From an uncultured Sediminibacterium sp. (lineage in GTDB: Bacteria > Bacteroidota > Bacteroidia > Chitinophagales > Chitinophagaceae), in assembly GCA_965650685.1 (NCBI GenBank), contig CBFGPM010000001.1, positions 57,415 to 121,414 on the forward strand: a DNA stretch of 64,000 nucleotides, given 5' to 3'. The stretch's first letter is position 1; each line of letters opens with the position of its first letter. This document shows positions 25,448-34,790 of the stretch, one piece after another. A program made the position numbers and the translations under genes. A model generated the notes under the pieces. The model did not search any database and was not told where the DNA came from. It worked only from the letters and a program-made list of their open reading frames with translations.

Positions 25448-28400
25448 ATGATATCGCGTGAACAGCAACTGGCACAGTTTAAAAAAGTTTATGAAGGACT
25501 GAATGAACAACAGCAAAAAGCAGTTGATACCCTTGAAGGACCTGTGATGGTTATTGCCGGCCCCGGCACGGGCAAAACCCAGATATTAGGTGCAAGGATT
25601 GGTAAACTTCGACTTGAAACAGATACACAACCCGAAAATATTCTCTGCCTCACTTATACAGACGCAGGAGTGGTAGCCATGCGTAAACGCCTGCTCAGTT
25701 TTATTGGGCCGGACGCCTATAAAGTAAATATCTGCACTTTCCACGCATTTTGTAATGATATCATCCAGGATAATCTTTCCTTATTTGAAAAAACCGCACT
25801 TGATCCAATTTCAGACCTGGAAAGGATTAGTCTGTTCAAAGAATTAATCGATAGTTTCCCCAAGAACCATCCTTTGAAAAGATACAGGGGTGATGTGTAT
25901 TATGAAATCAACAACCTGCAACAGCTTTTCAGTACTATGAAAAGAGAAGGTTGGACAGCACCCTATATTCAATCATGTATTGATACTTACCTCGCTGATT
26001 TACCCAACAGACCTGCTTTTATTTACCAGCGAACAAGTGGCGCCAATAAAAAAGGAGATCTTAAGCAACATAAGATTGCAGAAGAAACCGAAAAAATGGA
26101 AAAGCTGCGTGCAGCAGTGGAAGAGTTCAATCGCTTTCAGCAATTGATGCGTAAAAAGAACCGGTACGACTTTGATGATATGATTAACTGGGTAATTGAT
26201 GCATTCAATAATAATCCAACCTTACTTGCTCGTTACCAGGAACAATACCAGTACGTATTGGTAGATGAATTTCAGGATACAAGCGGAACACAAAATGCAT
26301 TGATTAAACTCCTCATTAATTATTGGGAAGTTCCGAATGTATTTGTGGTTGGTGACGATGATCAGAGTATTTATAGATTCCAGGGTGCGAACGTTGAGAA
26401 TATGGAAGCGTTTGCCCAGCAATTCAGCAAATCACTTCATACGGTTATCTTAACTAATAATTACAGATCTACCCAACCTATTTTAGATATTGCCAAATCA
26501 CTTATTGAGAGAAACAATGAGCGACTGGTAAAAAAACTTGATGGATTAAACAAGGAGCTTATTGCATCCAATACGGCACTAAAAGAAATAAAAGATCAGC
26601 CCAGGGTTTTTGAATACGAAAATCCAAAACAGGAAATGATTCATATTACCCTGCAGGTTGAGGAACTGATCAGTCAAGGAGTGCAACCCGGGCATATTTG
26701 TGTAATCTATCGGGAGAATAAATACGGAGAAGAACTTGCCCGTTATTTTCAGTTAAAACAAATACCAGTTTATAGTAAGCGGAATGTAAATATTCTCGCA
26801 GAGCCATTAGGCAAACAACTTATTCAGGCTTTAAGATACCTGGCTGCCGAACACGATATTTCTTTTGGTGGCGATGAAATACTATTTGAGCTGCTACATT
26901 ATAAATGGTTCTCCATACCTCCGATTGAAATCGCCAAATTAAGTGCTGAAGTAGCTGACAGAAGGTTTGGAGAAAGAAAAGTTTCGCTCAGGCAACTGAT
27001 TGCTGAAAAATTGGATGGCCCTTTGCCTGATTTATTCAGCAAAGAAATCCCAGGTTTAAGAAAAGCGCAGTCTGCCTTTGAAAAACTTATTGAAGATGTA
27101 CCCAATGTAACGCTCCAGCAACTTTTCGAAAACCTGATCCGGCATGCCGGCGTGTTGTCATATATCATGCAAAGTCCGGATAAACACTGGTTATTGCAGT
27201 TGCTAACTGGTTTATTCGACTTTATTAAAGAAGAAACGCACCGCAACCCGCAACTGAGTCTTCAGCAACTCATCAACATTTTCGACCTGATGGAAAAAGA
27301 AGGTCTTTCCCTACCGCTGGTAAGGGTTGGGGGAAATGATCAGGCAGTTAATCTTTTAACGGCACATGGTTCAAAAGGACTGGAATACGAATATGTATTT
27401 ATTGCGGGTTGTAATGCATCGAACTGGGAGAAGAAAAGAAAACCGGGTGGCGGTTATAGTATGCCAGATACCATCTTTTCATCGCAACCGGTACATAGTG
27501 AGGAGGAAGAGTTAAGGAGATTGTTTTATGTAGCCTTAACAAGGGCTGCGCTTCAGTTGAACGTATCTTATGCAAAAGCAAATAAAGATGGAAAAGAAAT
27601 TGAGCCTTCTATGTTTGTTGCAGAAATAAGAGAAGAGCATCAGTTACCTTTTACTCCTATTTCACTCGACGAAAATACCATCGCAACATTTGCGGCACTT
27701 TCTTTCAGTCAGGAACAAAAGCCTGAAATAGAAAAAATTGAGGCAGACTTTATTTCACATATCCTCGAAAAATTTGTGATGAATGTAACGGCACTCAATA
27801 ATTACCTGAAATGCCCGCTCCAGTTTTATTTTAATAACCTCGTGCGCGTTCCTTCAGGAAAATCAGAAGCCACTGAATTTGGTTCGGCCGTACACCATGC
27901 ATTGCAGTTGTTGTTCCAAAAAATGCAGCAAAGAGAGCAAGTGTTTCCTGATATACAGGAATTTCTGACAGATTTCAGGTGGTATATGAACCGTCATCGC
28001 GAAAACTTCACCAAAGAGCAGTTTGAGCGAAGAATGGAACAGGGAGACCAGGTATTACCGGAGTATTATAACCGGTACGTGAATCAATGGAATAAAGTTG
28101 TAGCAATTGAAACCAATATCCGAAACGTAACCGTAAAAGGAATTCCATTAAAAGGAAAGCTGGATAAACTTGAGTTTGATGGCAAGCAGGTTAATGTGGT
28201 AGATTATAAAACCGGAGATGCTGAAAGAGGAATTAAAAAATTAAACCCACCCAGTGAAAAAGAACCCGATGGTGGCGATTACTGGCGGCAGGCGGTTTTT
28301 TATAAAATACTGGTCGACAATTACCCTTCTAAAAATTGGCAGGCTATTAGCGCAGAATTCGACTTTATTGAGCCCGATAAAAAGAAAGGATACCTGAAAG

Positions 28401-28588
28401 AGAAGCGTGTGATAACACCTGAAGATATCACAACCGTAACACAACAGATAGAAAAAGTATGGGGCAAAATACAGGAAAGAGATTTTTATACAGGATGCGG
28501 TAAAGAAGACTGTCGCTGGTGCTCCTTTGTAAAAACCAATGAAATGGCCGTTGTTTTACACGACCCTGATGAGGAAAGCGATGATTAA
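25448..28588 (+). CDS. UvrD/PcrA-type superfamily 1 helicase fused to a C-terminal PD-(D/E)XK (Cas4/AddB-like) nuclease domain
   Basis: 1046 aa with Walker A (GPGTGKT), DEFQDT and helicase motif VI (YVALTRA). The C-terminal part has VDYKTGD plus four Cys (LKCPLQF ... CGKEDCRWC), the pattern of Fe-S nuclease domains. Confidence 0.8.
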   Translation: MISREQQLAQFKKVYEGLNEQQQKAVDTLEGPVMVIAGPGTGKTQILGARIGKLRLETDTQPENILCLTYTDAGVVAMRKRLLSFIGPDAYKVNICTFHAFCNDIIQDNLSLFEKTALDPISDLERISLFKELIDSFPKNHPLKRYRGDVYYEINNLQQLFSTMKREGWTAPYIQSCIDTYLADLPNRPAFIYQRTSGANKKGDLKQHKIAEETEKMEKLRAAVEEFNRFQQLMRKKNRYDFDDMINWVIDAFNNNPTLLARYQEQYQYVLVDEFQDTSGTQNALIKLLINYWEVPNVFVVGDDDQSIYRFQGANVENMEAFAQQFSKSLHTVILTNNYRSTQPILDIAKSLIERNNERLVKKLDGLNKELIASNTALKEIKDQPRVFEYENPKQEMIHITLQVEELISQGVQPGHICVIYRENKYGEELARYFQLKQIPVYSKRNVNILAEPLGKQLIQALRYLAAEHDISFGGDEILFELLHYKWFSIPPIEIAKLSAEVADRRFGERKVSLRQLIAEKLDGPLPDLFSKEIPGLRKAQSAFEKLIEDVPNVTLQQLFENLIRHAGVLSYIMQSPDKHWLLQLLTGLFDFIKEETHRNPQLSLQQLINIFDLMEKEGLSLPLVRVGGNDQAVNLLTAHGSKGLEYEYVFIAGCNASNWEKKRKPGGGYSMPDTIFSSQPVHSEEEELRRLFYVALTRAALQLNVSYAKANKDGKEIEPSMFVAEIREEHQLPFTPISLDENTIATFAALSFSQEQKPEIEKIEADFISHILEKFVMNVTALNNYLKCPLQFYFNNLVRVPSGKSEATEFGSAVHHALQLLFQKMQQREQVFPDIQEFLTDFRWYMNRHRENFTKEQFERRMEQGDQVLPEYYNRYVNQWNKVVAIETNIRNVTVKGIPLKGKLDKLEFDGKQVNVVDYKTGDAERGIKKLNPPSEKEPDGGDYWRQAVFYKILVDNYPSKNWQAISAEFDFIEPDKKKGYLKEKRVITPEDITTVTQQIEKVWGKIQERDFYTGCGKEDCRWCSFVKTNEMAVVLHDPDEESDD

Positions 28589-28632
28589 CATGATTTTTCA
28601 GCAGAAGCTTCCATAGCTCAGCAGAAAGCCTG

Positions 28633-28640
28633 TAAGTTTG
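28633..28640 (+). promoter_or_regulatory. -7 promoter box TAAGTTTG
   Basis: Exact TAnnTTTG match, 8 nt before the ATG at 28649. Confidence 0.4.
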
Positions 28641-28648
28641 CAACATTC

Positions 28649-30064
28649 ATGAAACGAATCAACCATTTAACTTCATATACATTATTACTGGCCTTGTATA
28701 CCACATTGCTTGGTTTGGCCAGTTCATGTGCCAATATTGTTCCTCCGGGTGGTGGTCCGCGCGACAGTTTGCCGCCAAGATTGGTTACGGCAATGCCAAA
28801 GGATTCTGCAGTTAATGTAAAAACAAAGAATATTACCCTCAGTTTCGATGAGTTCGTCAAACTGGAGAACCCTTTTGAAAACCTGATTTATTCTCCGGTG
28901 GTGAAAACACCTCCTTTGGCAGATTACAAACTCAGGAATGTAACCATTCGCTTTCGCGACTCACTCGAAGCAAATACAACCTACGCTATCGACTTTGGCA
29001 ATTCCATCCAGGATGTAAATGAAGGTAACATCGCTAAAAATTTCCGGTATGTTTTTTCTACCGGACCAACTATCGATTATAACAGTTATACTGGCAAAGT
29101 AATTGTGGCCCAAACAGGTAAGGTAGATAGTACATTATGGGTAGTGTTGCACCGCAATCTTGCAGATTCAGCCATTGAAAAACTACAACCGCGTTTTTAT
29201 ACCCGACTCAATGGTAAGGGAGAATTTAACTTTCAAAATTTACCTGCGGGAAATTTTGCAGCCTATGTGGTAAATAAAAACAGTTATAATAAAGTCTTCG
29301 ACAGCACTGAACTTTTTGCTTTCAGGAATGACCCTGTGCTGGTTAGCACTAATACGCCTTCAGATACGTTTTATGCGTTCATCCAATCTCCCAAGCTTAC
29401 AAAATCATCGGGTGATGGTGCTGCATTGCCAGCCAATATAAGGGATGACAGAAGATTAAGGTATCTGCCCGATTTGGATAATGGGCAGCAGGATTTAATG
29501 GCTGGCTTACCATTGTATTTCAACAGAAAACTCTTTTCAGTTGACACTACTAAAATTCAATTAACGGATAGCAATTTTGCAGACATAAAAGGATACACGG
29601 TTCAGTTAGACTCAACCCGTAAAAAACTCATTATTGATTATCCCTGGAAAGAAAATAATGTATACAAGTTGGTAATTCAGAAAGAAGCTTTTGCTGATAC
29701 CAATTCGGTAATGTTAACCAAAGCAGATACACTAAGAATTGCAACAAGAAAAGAAACCGAGTATGGAACTATCCGATTCAGGTTTACAAACCTGAATCCA
29801 TCGCAAAATCCGGTGTTGCAAATTGTAAGAAATGATGAACTTATTGCGTCCTATCCGATTAACACCAACGATTTTACTATTAAAAGATTCAAACCCGGGA
29901 CTTATGAATTAAGGATTTTGTATGATGCCAATAAAAACGGCAAATGGGATACTGGCCAGTTTAGTTCCGGAAAAAAACTTCAACCCGAAAAGGTAATAAA
30001 CATCCCCCGCCCCCTTAGTATCCGCGCTAATTGGGATAATGAGGTTACGATTGGTTTGCTGTAA
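28649..30064 (+). CDS. Ig-like (Big_5/SbsA-type) domain lipoprotein
   Basis: It has a lipobox (LGLASSC) followed by PPGGGPRDSLPPRLV, typical of this Bacteroidota lipoprotein family. Confidence 0.55.
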   Translation: MKRINHLTSYTLLLALYTTLLGLASSCANIVPPGGGPRDSLPPRLVTAMPKDSAVNVKTKNITLSFDEFVKLENPFENLIYSPVVKTPPLADYKLRNVTIRFRDSLEANTTYAIDFGNSIQDVNEGNIAKNFRYVFSTGPTIDYNSYTGKVIVAQTGKVDSTLWVVLHRNLADSAIEKLQPRFYTRLNGKGEFNFQNLPAGNFAAYVVNKNSYNKVFDSTELFAFRNDPVLVSTNTPSDTFYAFIQSPKLTKSSGDGAALPANIRDDRRLRYLPDLDNGQQDLMAGLPLYFNRKLFSVDTTKIQLTDSNFADIKGYTVQLDSTRKKLIIDYPWKENNVYKLVIQKEAFADTNSVMLTKADTLRIATRKETEYGTIRFRFTNLNPSQNPVLQIVRNDELIASYPINTNDFTIKRFKPGTYELRILYDANKNGKWDTGQFSSGKKLQPEKVINIPRPLSIRANWDNEVTIGLL

Positions 30065-30082
30065 ATGAATTATCTACTACTA

Positions 30083-30420
30083 ATAGAACACAGATTTTCA
30101 TGATCTATCATGATAATCCGTGTTCTATCATATCCAGAACTGTCCGGGGAAAATAGGCTGCGAGCTTCTAGCCCCTAGCTGCTAGCCTTGATTGGTGCCT
30201 GTTTTAGGTTTTCTGCTTTTATTTGAATAAATGACAGGGCTTGCGAATTTGTTTTGTAAAAATCCTACTTAAAATAAAAATTCAACTACCATATTTACAC
30301 TTTGGGTGGTTAAATGAATAGCAAAAAAAAGCTAGCAGCTAGAAGCCAGTAGCTAGAAGCTGTTCCCCCCCGACAGCAATGACTAATAACTTGCAGCTTG
30401 CGGCCTGCAGCTTGCAGCCT
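30083..30420 (+). repeat. family A mosaic element, copy 2 (permuted module order)
   Basis: A short hairpin TAGAACACAGATT...AATCCGTGTTCTA lies at 30083-30127, then CTGTCCGGGGAAAAT and GCTGCGA/GCTTCTA word arms. The core CCTTGATTGGTGCCTGTTTTAGGTTTTCTGCTTTTATTTGAAT is at 30186-30228. Opposing arms GCTAGCAGCTAGAAGCCAGTAGCTAGAAGC lie at 30330-30360, followed by further GCTTGCA words up to 30420. Confidence 0.8.
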
Positions 30421-30439
30421 GAACCTCACCCTTCCTCCC

Positions 30440-30447
30440 TATCTTTG
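30440..30447 (+). promoter_or_regulatory. -7 promoter box TATCTTTG, 4 nt before recR ATG
   Basis: Exact TAnnTTTG match followed by CCAA and then ATG 30452. Confidence 0.4.
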
Positions 30448-30451
30448 CCAA

Positions 30452-31066
30452 ATGCAACTTCCTTCATCACTTCTTGAAAATGCGGTAGCGCAGTTTGCCA
30501 AATTACCTGGTATTGGTAAGAAGACGGCATTGAGGCTGGTGCTGCATTTACTTAAGCAGGATGTAAATGATGTTCAGCATTTTGGGGAAACCATTGCGCG
30601 GATGCGAAGGGATATCAAATTTTGCCAGCGTTGTCATAATATCAGTGATGGTGATATTTGTTCAATCTGTGCCAATTCAATGCGCAACCAGAAACTGATT
30701 TGTGTGGTAGAAAATATCCGCGATGTTATCGCCATAGAAAGTACCCAACAGTTTAATGGAGCCTATCATGTGCTGGGGGGTATTATATCTCCACTTGATG
30801 GTATTGGACCAGATCAGTTAAGTATCGAATCGCTGATTACAAGAATTGAAAAAGAAGAAACAGAAGAATTGGTTTTTGCACTTAACCCTAATATTCAGGG
30901 TGATACTACCATATATTATATCCAGAAAAAACTGGCTCATCTCTCCTGTCGAGTTACCACTATTGCCCGTGGTATAGCATTTGGCGGAGAACTGGAATAT
31001 GCGGATGAAATGACCCTTGCCCGCAGTATCGCCAACCGCTTACCTGTACAACAGTACGTGAAATAA
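30452..31066 (+). CDS. recR: recombination protein RecR
   Basis: 204 aa from the internal Met with HhH (LPGIGKKTALRL), a zinc finger (CQRCHNISDGDICSIC) and a Toprim domain. The upstream part of the track ORF is repeat sequence. Confidence 0.95.
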   Translation: MQLPSSLLENAVAQFAKLPGIGKKTALRLVLHLLKQDVNDVQHFGETIARMRRDIKFCQRCHNISDGDICSICANSMRNQKLICVVENIRDVIAIESTQQFNGAYHVLGGIISPLDGIGPDQLSIESLITRIEKEETEELVFALNPNIQGDTTIYYIQKKLAHLSCRVTTIARGIAFGGELEYADEMTLARSIANRLPVQQYVK

Positions 31067-31228
31067 CAAAATTTTAGTCTCAGGCAACCTTTGCCACACT
31101 CATGCGTAATTGTTGGTATTGATGGAATTAACTAATTTGCAGTTTAAACATTGAATTTGCCGCCGGCCCTTTTTGTATATTTAAAGGGTAAAAGGCCGGT
31201 TGTATTCATCCATCTAAACAAAAGAAAC

Positions 31229-31828
31229 ATGGAATTTGCAGGTATTGTAGCGGGATTGATTTGCGCAGGCATCATTTGGGTTATTATTTTGATCCTTGCT
31301 CTGGTAAAGCTCTTTAAAAGAAGTGATCTGGATCAAAATACCAAATTGGCATGGATGGCATTTTTGGTACTGGTACCTTATGCAGGCTTGTTGATTTACA
31401 TACTGCGCAATTGGGGTAAAGCGAAACAACTATTTTGGATTGCGGCTCTCGGCATCGCTTTATCTGCAGCGCTTACCATATACTTTGTTTATTCGCGTGA
31501 GCACCGCGATGTAGCAAAAGAAAAAGGCATTCAGGTGTCGGCTCAGCAGTTATTTGAAGCTTTTGTAGCGGATGAAGCCAAAGCCAACACCCTATATCTC
31601 GATAAGGCCATTGAAATTACGGGTGAAGTAGTAGCCACTACAACAAACCAGGATGGTAATATTGTCGTAGATTTTAAAACGAATGATCCGTTTTTTGTCA
31701 TTAACTGTACGTTTAAAACAGATCCAGGTACGCTGAAGGCGGGCGACAATATTACATTTAAAGGCATTTGTACCGGATATATTCCAGATGCAAATGTGGT
31801 CATTAACGAAGGTGTATTAGTAAAATAA
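31229..31828 (+). CDS. membrane protein with PLDc_N-like TM region and C-terminal OB-fold (tRNA_anti-like) domain
   Basis: It has TM helices (KLAWMAFLVLVPYAGLLIYIL) and a C-terminal QQLFEAFVADEAKANTLYLDKAIEITGEV pattern. Start trimmed to the ATG at 31229. Confidence 0.45.
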   Translation: MEFAGIVAGLICAGIIWVIILILALVKLFKRSDLDQNTKLAWMAFLVLVPYAGLLIYILRNWGKAKQLFWIAALGIALSAALTIYFVYSREHRDVAKEKGIQVSAQQLFEAFVADEAKANTLYLDKAIEITGEVVATTTNQDGNIVVDFKTNDPFFVINCTFKTDPGTLKAGDNITFKGICTGYIPDANVVINEGVLVK

Positions 31829-31843
31829 GCAAGGATAAATTTT

Positions 31844-32374
31844 ATGAAACTGATGAAAGTTATAGCCATATTGTTCCTGTTCGTATTCGCAGGAAATGAG
31901 GCCAAGGCACAGAAAGTATTTGGTACAAGAAATGGACGTATCACATTCGAATCTCCTACTGATGGTGATGTGAAAGCAGTAAACAATGAAGTAACCAGCA
32001 GGGTTGCAGATAATGGGCAGTTAACTTTCAGCCTGCTGATGAAGGGCTTTAAGTTCAAACTTGCAGAAATGCAGGAACACTTTAACGACCAATATGCTGA
32101 AAGTACCAAGTTTCCAAGGGCCGATTTCAAAGGAACTATCAGCAATCTGAAAGATGTAAATTTTGCCAAAGACGGCAGCTATAAAGTAAGTGTAAAGGGC
32201 GATCTTACCATGCATGGTGTTACAAAAAATGTTACCGTAAATGGCGTAATAGAAATAAAAGCAGGTAAGCCAAATGCCCGTGGATCATTTACCATTAACC
32301 TCAAAGACTTTAAGATTGACGCTTCATCTGTTACAGAAAAAGTTGAAGTAGAAGTTAGCTGTCAGTACCAGTAA
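31844..32374 (+). CDS. YceI family periplasmic protein
   Basis: It has a signal peptide and the GDLTMHGVTKNV motif typical of YceI-like lipid/polyisoprenoid-binding proteins. Confidence 0.75.
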   Translation: MKLMKVIAILFLFVFAGNEAKAQKVFGTRNGRITFESPTDGDVKAVNNEVTSRVADNGQLTFSLLMKGFKFKLAEMQEHFNDQYAESTKFPRADFKGTISNLKDVNFAKDGSYKVSVKGDLTMHGVTKNVTVNGVIEIKAGKPNARGSFTINLKDFKIDASSVTEKVEVEVSCQYQ

Positions 32375-32400
32375 TCATTTTATCAATATAAACCAACTGT

Positions 32401-33309
32401 ATGAAGACCCTGTTAAAAAGGTCACTGGCAATCTATTGCCTGGCCTGTACCACTTTAATTGCCAATGCACAGCAAGTTGACCTGTTTAAAATGCAGGATA
32501 GTACCAATGCTGCAGACGACAAAAACAAATCAGAAGCAGTATTAAATACTTTCTATTCTACCCGTTTGGTTACCACACAAACAGTAGAAATAACCGGAAA
32601 AGGCAGTATGGATTTCCGCATCAACCACCGTTTTGCACCTCTTAACCAGGGCTTTTATAATCTCTTTGGTTTAGACTTTGTTTCCGCCCGTATCGGTTTT
32701 GATTTCGGATTATCCGATAACCTTATGATAGGCATCGGCAGAACCGGAACAAACAAAGAAGGTGATGCCTTTTTAAAATACCGCATTCTAAGGCAACAGG
32801 CTGGGGTAAAAAATGTGCCTGTTACCATTACCGTTTTAGGTGCTACTGCCTACAGGGGAATACGGTATTCAGATCCTACACTAAACGTGAAAACAAAAGA
32901 CAGGATGTATTATACGGCGCAATTAATGATCGCCAGAAAATTCAATGAACATACCTCTTTACAAATATCGCCGACTTACACCCGTTACAATAGAAAATTA
33001 TTCCTTACAGGAGGTTCGCAGGATCTGCTATCTATTGGATTTCTGGCCCGCCAGAAAGTGAGCAAAAAAGTAAGTATTAATGCGGAATATTTTGTTCAAA
33101 CCCAACGATTCGACGGAACCTACAACCCTTTATCAATAGGCGTTGATATACAAACCGGCGGACACGTATTCCAACTACATTTTACCAATTCCATTGGTAT
33201 GAACGAGCATACATTCATACATGAAACTTTTGGTTCATGGGGTAAAGGCGATATCAGATGGGGCTTTAATATTTCGCGGATATTCAATATAGGACGGAAG
33301 AAATCGTAG
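32401..33309 (+). CDS. outer-membrane beta-barrel protein (DUF5777-like)
   Basis: It has a signal peptide and a beta-strand periodicity. YceI genes commonly have such a partner in Bacteroidota. Confidence 0.5.
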   Translation: MKTLLKRSLAIYCLACTTLIANAQQVDLFKMQDSTNAADDKNKSEAVLNTFYSTRLVTTQTVEITGKGSMDFRINHRFAPLNQGFYNLFGLDFVSARIGFDFGLSDNLMIGIGRTGTNKEGDAFLKYRILRQQAGVKNVPVTITVLGATAYRGIRYSDPTLNVKTKDRMYYTAQLMIARKFNEHTSLQISPTYTRYNRKLFLTGGSQDLLSIGFLARQKVSKKVSINAEYFVQTQRFDGTYNPLSIGVDIQTGGHVFQLHFTNSIGMNEHTFIHETFGSWGKGDIRWGFNISRIFNIGRKKS

Positions 33310-33325
33310 GTTTTTGAGCGGCGTA

Positions 33326-33549
33326 GTTCTAGCTTCAAGCTTCGGGCCGTAAGCTACAAGCTTAGATGGGTGCTTATTATAGACTTTCCGCTATTAATTG
33401 AACACGGATCTTCATGATTTTCAGGATTTATCATGATAGATCCTGAAAATCATGAAAATCTGTGTTCTATCGTACTCGACACTTATAGTTCGCGGTCAAA
33501 TTTCCCCAGACTGCAATAGCTTGAAGCTTGAAGCCTGAGGCTTGAAGCT
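33326..33549 (+). repeat. family A mosaic element, copy 3 (short form without the ~85-bp insert)
   Basis: The arms are AGCTTCAAGCTT... and ...AAGCTTGAAGCT. The core is at 33361-33398, the 28-bp hairpin at 33400-33427/33440-33467 and the tail ...AAATTTCCCC at 33498-33507. Confidence 0.85.
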
Positions 33550-33550
33550 A

Positions 33551-33582
33551 AAAACCCCGGTATGCTGTTGCCGGGGTTTTTT
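33551..33582 (+). terminator. canonical intrinsic terminator
   Basis: AAAACCCCGG (33551-33560) pairs with CCGGGGTTTT (33571-33580). The loop is 10 nt and a T-run follows. Confidence 0.7.
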
Positions 33583-33761
33583 ATTGCATTTTTGCTATCT
33601 TTGTATTCTACACAGGCGGATTTGTTTATTGTTCGGCCTGCTTTTCAGCCTTTGGCTGAGAAAAATCGAACTAATAAACGTACAAAAGACCCCAAAGGTA
33701 CTTCTCCTACGTTTTTTAGTCCGACCACTTTAGTAATAACCAAAAGGTTAAATACAGCGGT

Positions 33762-34778
33762 ATGAGTATTAGAAAAGCACTCGAAAAGAGAATTTTAGTG
33801 ATCGACGGAGCCATGGGTACCATGATTCAGCGTCATAAACTTACAGAAGCAGATTATCGTGGAGAACGATTCAAAGACTGGCATTGCGATGTAAAAGGTA
33901 ATAATGACCTTTTATGCATCACACAACCAGACATCATCAAAGGTATTCACAAGCAATACCTGTCAGCAGGGGCAGACATCATTGAAACCAATACATTCAG
34001 CAGCACCACCATTGCCATGGCCGACTACGACATGCAATCACTGGCTTATGAATTAAATGTTGCTGCAGCAAAATGCGCCAAAGATGCAGTGAAAGAATTC
34101 ATGGAAGAAAATCCCGTTACAACTGAAAAATATGTAGCAGGAGCCATCGGTCCATTGAACAAAACATTGAGTCTTTCACCAGACGTAAATAACCCCGGAT
34201 ACAGAGCAGTTACGTTTGATGAAGTGGTAACAGCTTACAAAGAACAAATCAAAGGATTGGTAGATGGTGGGGTAGATATTTTATTAATAGAAACCATCTT
34301 TGATACCCTCAATGCCAAAGGAGCCATTTTCGCCGCTAAACAATTCTTCCGCGAAACAGGTATCCCTGAACTTCCGATCATGATCAGCGGAACCATTACA
34401 GATGCTTCCGGCAGAACACTTAGCGGACAAACACTGGAAGCTTTTTATACCTCTGTAATGCATGCCGAACCTTTAAGTGTTGGTTTAAATTGTGCATTAG
34501 GTGCTTCTGAAATGCGTGCACATATTGAAGAGTTGAGTCAGATAGCCGCCTGTTATACTTCTGCCTACCCCAATGCAGGTTTACCAAATGCTATGGGAGA
34601 ATATGATGAAGCACCACACGAAACAGCCCATTTTATTGAAGAATGGGCCAAACAAGGTTTTGTAAACATTGTTGGAGGATGTTGCGGTACAACACCCGAC
34701 CACATTAAACATATTGCAGACAACGTTAAAAAAATTACTCCAAGAGCAGTTCCGGAAGTTGAAACTTCATTGGCTTAA
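33762..34778 (+). CDS. homocysteine S-methyltransferase domain protein (N-terminal module of a split methionine synthase)
   Basis: 338 aa with Hcy-binding barrel Zn ligands (GLNCALG and GGCCGTTP). The rest of MetH follows 13 nt downstream. Confidence 0.85.
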   Translation: MSIRKALEKRILVIDGAMGTMIQRHKLTEADYRGERFKDWHCDVKGNNDLLCITQPDIIKGIHKQYLSAGADIIETNTFSSTTIAMADYDMQSLAYELNVAAAKCAKDAVKEFMEENPVTTEKYVAGAIGPLNKTLSLSPDVNNPGYRAVTFDEVVTAYKEQIKGLVDGGVDILLIETIFDTLNAKGAIFAAKQFFRETGIPELPIMISGTITDASGRTLSGQTLEAFYTSVMHAEPLSVGLNCALGASEMRAHIEELSQIAACYTSAYPNAGLPNAMGEYDEAPHETAHFIEEWAKQGFVNIVGGCCGTTPDHIKHIADNVKKITPRAVPEVETSLA

Positions 34779-34790
34779 TCAAGACCAGAC

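Noticed and set aside
30398-30451. N-terminal extensions of track ORFs (30398, 31151, 40058, 40834, 43449, 44599, 21179, 7073; minus-strand 25282, 50601, 57196)
   Set aside because: The extensions run through repeat arms, promoter boxes or the preceding gene. Internal Met codons give N-termini typical of the families (RecR, Xth, DUF4286, Tat leaders), so the starts were trimmed.
31163-31199. Stem CCGGCCCTTTT...AAAAGGCCGG downstream of recR as a terminator
   Set aside because: It is plausible, but the stem is bulged and lacks a clear U-tract, so it was not listed as a feature.
31543-32169. 208-aa minus-strand ORF
   Set aside because: It is antisense to two well-supported plus-strand genes (the OB-fold membrane protein and YceI). 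It has no recognisable motif and a Ser/Leu/Pro-rich antisense-type composition.
33583-33761. Possible SAM or cobalamin riboswitch in the ~160-nt leader of the split metH
   Set aside because: I could not recognise a B12 box or the SAM-I/SAM-II conserved cores by eye. Only a small stem TCAGCC TTT GGCTGA is present. A cmscan run would be needed to settle it.
33542-33765. 63- and 67-aa plus-strand ORFs upstream of the split metH
   Set aside because: They start inside the terminator and repeat, overlap each other in two frames and have no support.
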